The translations under genes and the position numbers were made by a program. Shown piece after piece: positions 1-8,413 of a stretch of DNA of 64,000 nucleotides; the first letter of the stretch is position 1; every line of letters begins with the position of its first letter. Location: assembly GCA_964362865.1 (NCBI GenBank), contig CAYIGD010000002.1, positions 4,253 through 68,252 on the forward strand. The letters are read 5' to 3'. The stretch is from an uncultured Candidatus Saccharibacteria bacterium. GTDB taxonomy: Bacteria > Patescibacteriota > UBA1384 > JAGVHQ01. Under the pieces are notes generated by a model. That model did no database searches. It was not told where the DNA came from and worked only from the letters and a program-made list of their open reading frames with translations.

Positions 1-37
1 TGGGAATCGTGATTACGTCTCGTAAAAAGGAGTAACA

Positions 38-2026
38 ATGGTACATGCGCGCCTCTACTTTATCGCAGTGTGCATCCTTGCCGTACTGGCGTTATTTGCC
101 TATCTGATATTGTGGCGCCCGATAATTTTCACCAGCAACGTGATTATTGACGGGGACTACTCCGTTGGCCGCCGGGCAGTTGTGATGAAAGGCGGGGCAA
201 CGCTGACAGTTAAAGGCAGCTTGACGGTGAATGGGTACCTTGGTTGCAAAGACGGGGGATTAGAGGTAACCGTTGTCGGCGATTTTGTGCTCAACGATAC
301 AATCGCCTGCCAACGTGTTGTATCAGATGACGCAAGTGCCATTGCTCCCCAAGGGGTGGCCCTTGTCGTCGGCGGATCAGCAGAGTTTCAAAGTAATTCA
401 GTGGTAGCAAGTAACGGCCATGTTCAAATTGTACCCACGGCTGAGGATCTTTTAACCGAACAAGAACTTGATCAAGCATTCGACGAGATCGGTGAAGATT
501 CAGGTGATGAACCTCGGATTGGGCCTCTCGGTTCACTGGGTAAGGATAGCGTACCTGACCAAGGGACGCAGACGCGCTCGAAACCGGTCAGTACATTGAA
601 TCATTTGCCAACTCAAATTCTTCCCGGAAAATCCTCGCTGATTGCACGCGTGCGAGCGCAGGGTCCGATCCAGCGGATCCTCATCGGCGGCACGTTGTAT
701 GTTGGTTCGAGGGACAAGCCGCTCCCGAAATGGATTGACGTGAAAAAACTCCCCAAGAAAGTAAAACGGGTTGTCGTGCGGGCGTATTTCCCCAATGGGG
801 ATGTCGAGTTTAGGGACAAGAGCGTGATCCTTTCACCAGATGGGCAAGACGGCCCTGATATCACAGGTGGATGCGACATCAATGTCCCTAAGCAAGAGAG
901 TGAAGCCGATAGAAAGGCACGCGACGCGATGCGCATGCGGGTGATGGCTCGCAACATTACGATTGGGGAGCTCGATTTGTATTTAGGTGATGGTGGACGG
1001 GGCGGGAACGCAACTACCGATCCAGATTGCGACCCGATCGGTAAAGCGATTGCTGGGCACGGTGGCCAATCAGGCAATTTCAAGATGAATACTGCCACTG
1101 GTGGGGCGCTCAAGATTCGAGGTCCGTTTCGAATTCATCCCGGCGTATCAGGCGCTGGCGGGGCTGCGACCGCGTACGGTAGAGATGGCAAAAACGGTGA
1201 AATCGGTGAAAACGGAAAAGCGGCCATAGCCGCCGGGGGGAATGGCGCGGATAACATCAAGGCTTTACGCGCGCGCGGCATAGCTGATTTACAAAATATT
1301 TACATTGATTCCCTCATTGCTGGTGACGGCGGAGACGGCATCGCGAGCCCGGGCGACGGCGGGGACAGTTCCAAATGTGATACGAAAGGCGGATTGCCCG
1401 GTGCGGGCGGCGCAAGCGGAGGGGCAGGTGGAACAGCGCGGCTTGATTACCCACTTCAGGTACGCGACATTCCCAGTGCGGTTGATCAAGATGGCTTGGA
1501 CGGAAATCCAATCATAGACGACGCAAACCCGGGAGCAGATGGTCCCCCCTGTGCGGGTGGGGATGGGAGAGTTCCAGATAAGACAAGCGTAACAGAGCCA
1601 ACAAAGACACCATCCAAAACCGATGGCGGATCCTCGTCAGGAAATGATGCTGTAAAAACGCCCACTCCAGCGCCGACCCCACCAACGCCGACCGTAGTCA
1701 AAGCCCTGGGCAAATTTGAGTTTCTTGATTCGCAATTCCAGCCGATAATTAATCTCCCAACCAGCTCACAGGTAGCGGTCCATATTATTGTTGCCAGTAC
1801 CGGTGGGAACCCCGATATCCGCCTCTACTTGCCGATTACGCTCGAGCTAAAGTCGGACGGCCAAGTTGTCTGGACTGGCACGATCGCCAATGACCCTGTC
1901 CTGAATTGTCGCGGCGCCGATGGCTGTAGTATGGATGGGCCAACAATCAGTGCGGCTTGGATAAAGAAACAATTGAAAGCGACCGGCAAAAACGGGGAGA
2001 TCCTCGCCACGTATTCCGAGCAGTAA
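38..2026 (+). CDS. Hypothetical membrane-anchored surface protein with beta-helix-like repeats, Gly/Asp-rich collagen-like runs, a Pro/Thr linker and a C-terminal domain
   Basis: 662 aa ORF with an N-terminal hydrophobic helix (LYFIAVCILAVLALFAYLILW). Repeats such as TVKGSLTVNGYLGCKDGGLEVTVVGDF are followed by Gly-X-Y-like runs (GKNGEIGENGKA, GDGGDGIASPGDGGDSS, GLPGAGGASGGAGGTA), a TPTPAPTPPTPT linker and a C-terminal domain of about 100 aa. I recognise no family. Confidence 0.6.
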   Translation: MVHARLYFIAVCILAVLALFAYLILWRPIIFTSNVIIDGDYSVGRRAVVMKGGATLTVKGSLTVNGYLGCKDGGLEVTVVGDFVLNDTIACQRVVSDDASAIAPQGVALVVGGSAEFQSNSVVASNGHVQIVPTAEDLLTEQELDQAFDEIGEDSGDEPRIGPLGSLGKDSVPDQGTQTRSKPVSTLNHLPTQILPGKSSLIARVRAQGPIQRILIGGTLYVGSRDKPLPKWIDVKKLPKKVKRVVVRAYFPNGDVEFRDKSVILSPDGQDGPDITGGCDINVPKQESEADRKARDAMRMRVMARNITIGELDLYLGDGGRGGNATTDPDCDPIGKAIAGHGGQSGNFKMNTATGGALKIRGPFRIHPGVSGAGGAATAYGRDGKNGEIGENGKAAIAAGGNGADNIKALRARGIADLQNIYIDSLIAGDGGDGIASPGDGGDSSKCDTKGGLPGAGGASGGAGGTARLDYPLQVRDIPSAVDQDGLDGNPIIDDANPGADGPPCAGGDGRVPDKTSVTEPTKTPSKTDGGSSSGNDAVKTPTPAPTPPTPTVVKALGKFEFLDSQFQPIINLPTSSQVAVHIIVASTGGNPDIRLYLPITLELKSDGQVVWTGTIANDPVLNCRGADGCSMDGPTISAAWIKKQLKATGKNGEILATYSEQ

Positions 2027-2075
2027 CTTTTTTGCTTTTACGGTATTTCCACTACTTTGAAGTACAATACGAACG

Positions 2076-2525
2076 ATGATGAAATTAGTTTCGCCAGATA
2101 TCGGCCACGAAAAGCCTATCATTGCTCAGTTTACCTGCGATGGGAAAAATATCGGGCCTATCCTTGCGATTGAAGGTGTTCCGAAAAGTACAAAAGCTTT
2201 TGCATTAATTCTGCACGACCCCGATGCGGTGAACGGCGACTTTCTGCACTGGAGCGTTTGGAACATTCCGCCCGATACTAAAACCTTTTCCGCGCAGAGT
2301 TTGCCACCCGGATGCCAAGAGGGTACAACTGATTTTAGCAAAGTTGGTTACGGCGGCCCCTGCCCCCCGAGCGGTACCGGAACGCATCGGTATATGTTTG
2401 AACTGTATGCGCTGCGGGAATTGCTTCAATTACCAGAGGGATCAGATCGAAAGACACTCGAAAACGCGCTTGCGACACGCGCGATCGAAAAGACGGTTCT
2501 AACCGGCCTCTATAGTCGAATGTAA
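2076..2525 (+). CDS. YbhB/YbcL-family phosphatidylethanolamine-binding protein (PEBP)
   Basis: Contains LILHDPDAV...HW and GYGGPCPPSGTGTHRYMFELYAL, which match the DPDAP and G-P-PP-G-HRY-F-YAL PEBP signature motifs. Confidence 0.75.
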   Translation: MMKLVSPDIGHEKPIIAQFTCDGKNIGPILAIEGVPKSTKAFALILHDPDAVNGDFLHWSVWNIPPDTKTFSAQSLPPGCQEGTTDFSKVGYGGPCPPSGTGTHRYMFELYALRELLQLPEGSDRKTLENALATRAIEKTVLTGLYSRM

Positions 2526-2543
2526 CAGGTTGCGCTACGATAT

Positions 2544-3059
2544 ATGCACGCAATGATTAAGATTCGCTTTTTTCCGCGGAAAGCATTTACGCTTGTTGAA
2601 CTATTAGTTGTTGTCGCTATAATTGCACTTCTCGCATCACTCATACTTTTTGTCGTCAGCGGGGCAAGGGCAAAAGCGCGCGACAGCGTACGTAAATCGG
2701 AAATCAGCCAGATCGGACAATTCATGTCTCTCTCGTGTTTTGTGCCCCAAGCGGGCGCGGGCGAGTACGACCTAGCAGAAATCGCCCAAGAACTGAAAAC
2801 AAAATACACGGGTTTTGAGCGGTTGTTTAAGAGAATCCCGAAAGACCCGCGGATTGGTACGGATGCACAAACATTTTACCGTTATCTGGTAACTGACGGG
2901 GGTTCTGGTTGCGCGATGTACGCCAATTTAGAAAACAAAAATGAGCCAGTCACGTTGCCCGAACTTACGAACCCTACCGCCGGCGGTGGAAAGGGAGTAT
3001 TCCAGGCAGCCGTTGAGGGCTGGAATAATTCTGACCGCTTTTTTCAGGACTCTAACTAA
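2544..3059 (+). CDS. Type IV pilin / pseudopilin-like protein with a prepilin N-terminal methylation domain
   Basis: Short basic leader followed by FTLVELLVVVAIIALLASLI, with Glu at +5 of the mature protein. Ala rather than Gly sits at -1. Two Cys residues lie in the C-terminal half. The stop codon overlaps the leuS ATG (TAATG). Confidence 0.6.
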   Translation: MHAMIKIRFFPRKAFTLVELLVVVAIIALLASLILFVVSGARAKARDSVRKSEISQIGQFMSLSCFVPQAGAGEYDLAEIAQELKTKYTGFERLFKRIPKDPRIGTDAQTFYRYLVTDGGSGCAMYANLENKNEPVTLPELTNPTAGGGKGVFQAAVEGWNNSDRFFQDSN

Positions 3060-5485
3060 TGGAGCGCTATCGTCCGCAAGAAATCGAAGAAAAATGGCGT
3101 AAGACTTGGGAGCGGGAAAAGCTTTACCGAACTGCCAAAGACCCCAAGAAAAAATATTACTGTTTAGATATGTTCCCCTATCCCTCGGGAGATGGGCTGC
3201 ACGTTGGGCACTGGCGCGGGTACGTACTTTCGGACATGTGGGCGCGTTACCAAAAGATGCGCGGGTATGACGTACTGCATCCGATCGGCTTTGACGCATT
3301 TGGTTTGCCGGCCGAAAATGCGGCGATTCAACGTAAATCCCATCCGAAAAAATTTACGCAAGAAGCGATCGGGCGTATTCGTGGACAACTCAAAGAAATC
3401 GGTACGCTGTATGATTGGGAACGTGAAATTATCACGAGCGATCCCGCCTATTACAAATGGACGCAGTGGCTTTTTCTTATGCTGTATAAACAGGGCCTTG
3501 CCTACCGTAAAAAAGCGCTGGTGAATTGGTGCCCTTCAGACCAAACTGTTCTGGCCAATGAACAGGTTGTGGACGGAAAGTGCGAGCGCTGCGATACGGC
3601 CGTTGAAAAACAAGAGCGCGAGCAGTGGTTTTTCAAGATTACAAAGTATGCCCAAGAATTACTAAATGATTTAGAAAAACTGGAGTGGCCAGAACGAGTA
3701 AAGACCCTGCAGCGTAATTGGATCGGACGCTCTGAGGGCGCGTTATTGAGCTTTGCGATTGCAGATACTAAGGAAAAAATTGAAGTGTTTACTACTCGAC
3801 CGGATACGCTTTTCGGCTGCACATATCTCGTGCTAGCCCCCGAGCATCCGCTTCTTGAAAAAATTACTCTTGCTGCAAATAAACCAAGCGTTGCAGCATA
3901 TCGTAAAACGGCAAGCGCGCTTTCGGAGCTGGAGCGTGTGGCGGAAAAGCGCGAGAAAACGGGAGTTAATCTTGGAGCTTTCGCATTGCATCCCGTAACG
4001 AAAGAGAAACTTCCCATTTTTGTGGCTGATTATGTTGTGATGGGCTACGGTACGGGCGCGATTATGGCCGTGCCCGCGCACGACCTGCGTGATTTTGAGT
4101 TTGCTAAAAAATATAACCTACCGATCAAATTAATCATTGATCCAGTTGTAATGATTTTTCATTCAGGAACTGACAACCACGCTACATTATCAGGAAAAGA
4201 GAAAGAGCCATTCTATCAGGGAGAAAAATGTTATCCCCATCACGGACGAATAATAAATTCGCCATTATTTGAAGGGTATGACTCTTTGGCGAATAAACAT
4301 GAGATTATTTCTATTATCGAAGATAAAAAGATTGGAGAACGAAAAATTATTTATCGCCTGCGCGACTGGCTGATTTCACGCCAGCGCTATTGGGGCGCGC
4401 CGATCCCGATTGTCTATTGTCAAAAGTGCGGCATTCAGCCGGTTGCCGAAAAAGACCTGCCCGTTATTCTGCCGCACGACGCGGATTTTAAGCCTACCGG
4501 CGAATCCCCGCTTGCTCGGCATGCGACTTTTACGAAAACAACGTGCCCGAATTGCAACGGTACGGCGCGGCGCGAAACGGACACAATGGACACGTTTGTG
4601 GACTCCTCGTGGTATTTTTTACGCTATACCGACCCGTACAATACAACAGAAGCATTTTCTCAAGAAGAGCTTAAAAAATGGCTACCTGTAGATATGTACG
4701 TGGGCGGGATCGAGCATGCCATCCTGCACCTTCTATACGCGCGTTTTATTACGAAAGCACTTGCGGATGCTAAGCTCGTTGGGTTCCGAGAACCTTTCAC
4801 GCGCCTGTTTAATATCGGGATTGTGTATTTGCATGGGGCAAAAATGAGCAAGTCGAAGGGTAACGTGGTGAATCCCGATGAGCTCGTCGCGCACTTTGGC
4901 GCAGACACGCTGCGGGGATACGAACTATTTCTGGGTCCGGCGGATAAAGATGTGGAATGGAATCCGCGCGCGATAACGGGAATCTATCGGTTTCTTGAGC
5001 GAATATGGGAGATTAGCGGAAACGTTGGGGACCACACTGATTCGCCTGCGCGCACGAAAAAACTTATTTTTGAGGTGACGCGCGAAATCGAAGGCCTGCG
5101 GCCCAATACCGCCCTTGCGCGCCTCATGTCGATCAGTCATGACTACGCTCACAACACACCGAACAAAGCGGAATTTGCACTTTATGTGCAACTGTTGGCG
5201 CCGTTTTTCCCACATCTTGCCGAAGAGCTGTGGCATGCTCTTGGAAAATCAGATTCAATTTTTAACTCCCGCTGGCCAGAAGGAGAAGAACATCTCGATG
5301 GGCAGTTAACGATTGTGGTGCAAGTAAACGGCAAGTTGCGCGCGACGGTTGCTCTACCCCGCGACATTACACGTAAAGCATTAGAGGAGCGCACACGTGC
5401 GGGTATTGAGCGTCACATTCAGGGCAAATCGGTGAAAAAAGTAATTGTCGTAGATGGTCGTCTAGTTAATTTTGTAGTACAGTAA
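3059..5485 (+). CDS. leuS: Leucyl-tRNA synthetase
   Basis: 808 aa with the class I HVGH motif (HVGHWRGY) and KMSKS (KMSKSKGN). Collinear with bacterial LeuS, including ERKIIYRLRDWLISRQRYWGAPIP. Confidence 0.97.
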   Translation: MERYRPQEIEEKWRKTWEREKLYRTAKDPKKKYYCLDMFPYPSGDGLHVGHWRGYVLSDMWARYQKMRGYDVLHPIGFDAFGLPAENAAIQRKSHPKKFTQEAIGRIRGQLKEIGTLYDWEREIITSDPAYYKWTQWLFLMLYKQGLAYRKKALVNWCPSDQTVLANEQVVDGKCERCDTAVEKQEREQWFFKITKYAQELLNDLEKLEWPERVKTLQRNWIGRSEGALLSFAIADTKEKIEVFTTRPDTLFGCTYLVLAPEHPLLEKITLAANKPSVAAYRKTASALSELERVAEKREKTGVNLGAFALHPVTKEKLPIFVADYVVMGYGTGAIMAVPAHDLRDFEFAKKYNLPIKLIIDPVVMIFHSGTDNHATLSGKEKEPFYQGEKCYPHHGRIINSPLFEGYDSLANKHEIISIIEDKKIGERKIIYRLRDWLISRQRYWGAPIPIVYCQKCGIQPVAEKDLPVILPHDADFKPTGESPLARHATFTKTTCPNCNGTARRETDTMDTFVDSSWYFLRYTDPYNTTEAFSQEELKKWLPVDMYVGGIEHAILHLLYARFITKALADAKLVGFREPFTRLFNIGIVYLHGAKMSKSKGNVVNPDELVAHFGADTLRGYELFLGPADKDVEWNPRAITGIYRFLERIWEISGNVGDHTDSPARTKKLIFEVTREIEGLRPNTALARLMSISHDYAHNTPNKAEFALYVQLLAPFFPHLAEELWHALGKSDSIFNSRWPEGEEHLDGQLTIVVQVNGKLRATVALPRDITRKALEERTRAGIERHIQGKSVKKVIVVDGRLVNFVVQ

Positions 5486-5558
5486 ATATACTGATTCATA
5501 CCGGTTTGGATTGCATGCCTTTGTGTCCAGGCCCCAGTGAGCCAGCAAGGAGAACGCA

Positions 5559-5738
5559 ATGGCAATGCCAAAGAAGCAGATGACCCGGACGCGGTCCGGC
5601 GGTCGCCGCAGCCAAATCCGGCTGCTCGCCCCAGCTCTTACAACGTGTCCCAACTGCCGCAGCGCGATGTACCCGCACCGCGTATGCACGAGGTGTGGCA
5701 TGTACCGCGGGAGAGTTGTGCTTAAGAAACAAAAATGA
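5559..5738 (+). CDS. rpmF: 50S ribosomal protein L32
   Basis: Manual translation in a frame other than the listed 5537..5725 ORF gives MAMPKKQMTRTRSGGRRSQIRLLAPALTTCPNCRSAMYPHRVCTRCGMYRGRVVLKKQK. This has the L32 N-terminal motif and a CxxC..CxxC zinc knuckle, and an AAGGAGAA RBS precedes it. Its stop overlaps the nusB start (ATGA). Confidence 0.85.
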   Translation: MAMPKKQMTRTRSGGRRSQIRLLAPALTTCPNCRSAMYPHRVCTRCGMYRGRVVLKKQK

Positions 5739-6178
5739 ACCGGCATCTTTCGCGCATGATCCTTATGCAGTCGCTCTACGAATGGGATGTGCGACCGAGC
5801 GAAAAACTGGATGAAATAATTGAACGCAACATCGCTCAATACGACGCAGAGGTTGATTTGGATTTCATCAATTCGCTTAAGCTTGGAATCCAAAAAGATC
5901 ATGATAAAATTGATGCCCTATTGATGAAAGCCGCGCCAGAATGGCCGATTGATCAAGTAGCGGTGATTGATAAGGTTATCCTGAGGATTTCGATTTACGA
6001 GCTTTTGTTTGACAACCAAGTTCCTGCAAAGGTTGCAATCAATGAAGCCGTGGAACTGGCGAAATCATTTGGGGGGGAGAACTCATCGAAATTTGTAAAT
6101 GGTGTGCTCGGGACACTCTATCGTGAAAGTGATCGCTTCGTTGCGGAGGATGATGTTAAAGACCGAGCTACTAACTAA
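5735..6178 (+). CDS. nusB: Transcription antitermination factor NusB
   Basis: MQSLYEWDV... and KVAINEAVELAKSFGGENSSKFVNGVLG match the NusB family consensus. Confidence 0.85.
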   Translation: MNRHLSRMILMQSLYEWDVRPSEKLDEIIERNIAQYDAEVDLDFINSLKLGIQKDHDKIDALLMKAAPEWPIDQVAVIDKVILRISIYELLFDNQVPAKVAINEAVELAKSFGGENSSKFVNGVLGTLYRESDRFVAEDDVKDRATN

Positions 6179-6860
6179 AATCGAACCGTTTCAAAAAAAG
6201 ATTCGGCACGCGTTCCGCGATCCAATGCTTTTGCTGCAGGTATTTTTACATCGTTCGTATCTGAATGAGCATCGTGATTTTCAACTTGAGCATAACGAAC
6301 GACTCGAGTTTTTAGGGGATGCCGTTTTGGAGCTGATTGTAACTGAACACCTGTATCTTACATACCCTAATCCTGAGGGTGAGCTTACTAACTGGAGAAG
6401 CGCTTTGGTAAAAGGCGAAACTCTTTCGGAAGTTGCGCGCGAGCTTGGGATCGAAGAATACCTCCTACTTTCAAAGGGAGAATCCAAGAGCCATGGTAAG
6501 GCACGGCAACTCATATTAGCCAACGCGTTTGAAGCATTGGTAGGGGCGCTTTATTTGGACGCGGGATTTAAAGGAACAAAAAGCTTCATCAAGCGCGTAT
6601 TGATCGTGCGCCTGGAAGAAATCTTCTCAAAGCAGCTTTATATTGACCCCAAAAGTAAATTACAAGAATTAATGCAAGAATTGCGCGGTCAGACTCCACT
6701 GTATCGCGTCTTAAAAGAAATCGGGCCGGATCATAATAAAGTATTTACTGTCGGCGTGTATGTTAAGCGTGAATTACTTGGAAAAGGTGAAGGTGCTTCA
6801 AAGAATAAAGCGCAGCAAGCAGCGGCAAAAATAGCACTTGATAACTTTGAACGCAATTAG
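6150..6860 (+). CDS. rnc: Ribonuclease III
   Basis: RNase III signature ERLEFLGDAVLEL plus a C-terminal dsRBD (KSKLQELMQE...GEGASKNKAQQAAAKIAL). The start is placed at an internal ATG (6150/6153) because the longer ORF overlaps nusB. Confidence 0.9.
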   Translation: MMLKTELLTKIEPFQKKIRHAFRDPMLLLQVFLHRSYLNEHRDFQLEHNERLEFLGDAVLELIVTEHLYLTYPNPEGELTNWRSALVKGETLSEVARELGIEEYLLLSKGESKSHGKARQLILANAFEALVGALYLDAGFKGTKSFIKRVLIVRLEEIFSKQLYIDPKSKLQELMQELRGQTPLYRVLKEIGPDHNKVFTVGVYVKRELLGKGEGASKNKAQQAAAKIALDNFERN

Positions 6861-7567
6861 CTCCCTCGCGCAAGTGGGCGGAGTTTTTCGTAGAGGGCAA
6901 ATGCCTTTGTGGCCGGCCAATCTTTGGGTAAGAGTGATTCTTCAATATTGGGATTAGAACCAGTGATAAGTGCGAAATCGAAAATCAGTTCTTTCGCGCT
7001 CATTCGAGTGTTTTCAGATCCACCTTTTTTTAACAGAGTCCCAGCGGCACGATTAAAGCGATTGTAACGGCTTGCAAGTTTCTTTATGTTCCATACTCGG
7101 GCAATGATTGTGGGCTGCACGTCCCATTTTGAGACTGATAAAATATGAATTCGGTGGGAAAGATTATGTTTGAGCGCAAATTGTTCAATTTTTTCGGTAT
7201 TGCCGATTGTTGAAATCCAAACGCTCGGTTGTAATGTTCCGTATCCAAGATGAGTAAGGAGTGCGCGTAACTGGGCCCGGAGTCCACGGCGTTTTTCCGG
7301 GATGTCAAACATTACGAATGTCCAGTGATCACTGATGGGTTTATCCCGTAATTGGCTTAACGTTGAATCAATGAATTGTTGACCTGCAGGTGTGAGTACA
7401 TATTTTTTTTGGTTCGTTTCAACAGTTTTTTTTACCCACCCCCTCTTCTCAAGCTGCCCGAGCGCACCGTATATCTTGCGAGAAGGCGCAAGGCGTGTGA
7501 GTTCGATCTCCACCATTGCCTTTGCGTCTTCAAGGTGGATTAAGATTTCATACGTTAAATTAAGCAT
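6857..7567 (-). CDS. PaaX-like transcriptional regulator (N-terminal winged HTH plus Cas2-fold middle domain)
   Basis: The N-terminus looks like a wHTH (ILIHLEDAKAMVEIELTRLAPSRKIYGALGQLEKRGW). The middle segment FVMFDIPEKRRGLRAQLRALLTHLGYGTLQPSVWIS matches the PaaX/Cas2-like pattern. Its stop is convergent with and overlaps the rnc stop. Confidence 0.5.
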   Translation of the reverse strand: MLNLTYEILIHLEDAKAMVEIELTRLAPSRKIYGALGQLEKRGWVKKTVETNQKKYVLTPAGQQFIDSTLSQLRDKPISDHWTFVMFDIPEKRRGLRAQLRALLTHLGYGTLQPSVWISTIGNTEKIEQFALKHNLSHRIHILSVSKWDVQPTIIARVWNIKKLASRYNRFNRAAGTLLKKGGSENTRMSAKELIFDFALITGSNPNIEESLLPKDWPATKAFALYEKLRPLARGS

Positions 7568-7603
7568 AGCCCAACACTATATGCTTAATGGACGCCCGTC
7601 AAG

Positions 7604-8413
7604 TTAGTTCTGCAATATTCCTTGGCGTAGCAACTGGTTCAATAACAAAGAAGTTTGTTGGAAGCGTTCTGCCTGGGTGGGTGTGCCCATCACAAGGGTA
7701 ATGATCGCAGGATCTGATTCGGTAAGGCCGAGCAAGTGAGCTCCAGTTTCAGGTAAATAGCCCGTTTTTATCCCTGAAAGTCCCTTACCGAGAAGTTGAT
7801 TTGTGCTTGAGTAAACTCGATTTTCGAACGTGAATGTTTTCTGAGAGACAATTTCTTTGAGCAAGGGGTTTCGCACTACAAGAGCGCCGATTAATAGCAT
7901 ATTTTGAACAGAGCTTATGTTGTGCGGATTAAGTCCGGTTGGCTCGACGATTTCAGTTGCAGTTAAACCGAGTTGTTGCGGAAGTTCTCGAGCAGCAGAA
8001 AAATTAACGCTTCCAAGAATTGCAGCGGCGTCGTTGCCGGATGAGATGAGGGTGGCCTGCAATGCATCGGAAAACGTAATGTTTGATTTTGGTATAAACC
8101 CAATCAAGGGAGCAGGAGTTGGCAGTTCTTCTGGTACCAAAAGCTGATCTGGGTGCGAGGTGTTTTTCAAGGCGGCCAGTGCCGTGAATAATTTTGTAAG
8201 ACTTGCGATTCCGATTGCATCCTGTGAAGAAGAGATGATTTGACCGCTTTGGGGAATATATACACCCCACAGTGGAGCATCCACAGTGAGCGCCGGCTTA
8301 TTAATGATTGATTTTGAATATGAAAAGCGATTTTGAGCAGGGACTGGTTTTGCGGGGAAATTAGTAAGAAGCAGTATCAGGGTTAGGGCGGTGAGCGCAC
8401 CGATTTTTATCAT
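7604..8413 (-). CDS. Secreted D-alanyl-D-alanine carboxypeptidase (peptidase S11 / PBP5-like)
   Basis: Signal peptide, then the three PBP active-site motifs: SxxK (ASLTK), SxN (SSGND) and KTG (IKTGY). Confidence 0.7.
   Translation of the reverse strand: MIKIGALTALTLILLLTNFPAKPVPAQNRFSYSKSIINKPALTVDAPLWGVYIPQSGQIISSSQDAIGIASLTKLFTALAALKNTSHPDQLLVPEELPTPAPLIGFIPKSNITFSDALQATLISSGNDAAAILGSVNFSAARELPQQLGLTATEIVEPTGLNPHNISSVQNMLLIGALVVRNPLLKEIVSQKTFTFENRVYSSTNQLLGKGLSGIKTGYLPETGAHLLGLTESDPAIITLVMGTPTQAERFQQTSLLLNQLLRQGILQN

Noticed and set aside
4141-4330. leuS AT-rich block as a foreign insertion or intein
   Set aside because: E. coli LeuS has a comparable-length leucyl-specific segment at the same position. 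The flanks (YGTGAIMAVPAHD ... RLRDWLISRQRYWG) are contiguous, so there is no extra domain.
5537-5725. Listed 62 aa ORF (MSQQGERNGNAKEADDPD...)
   Set aside because: It is in the wrong frame. The real gene in this interval is rpmF (L32), read from 5559 in another frame.
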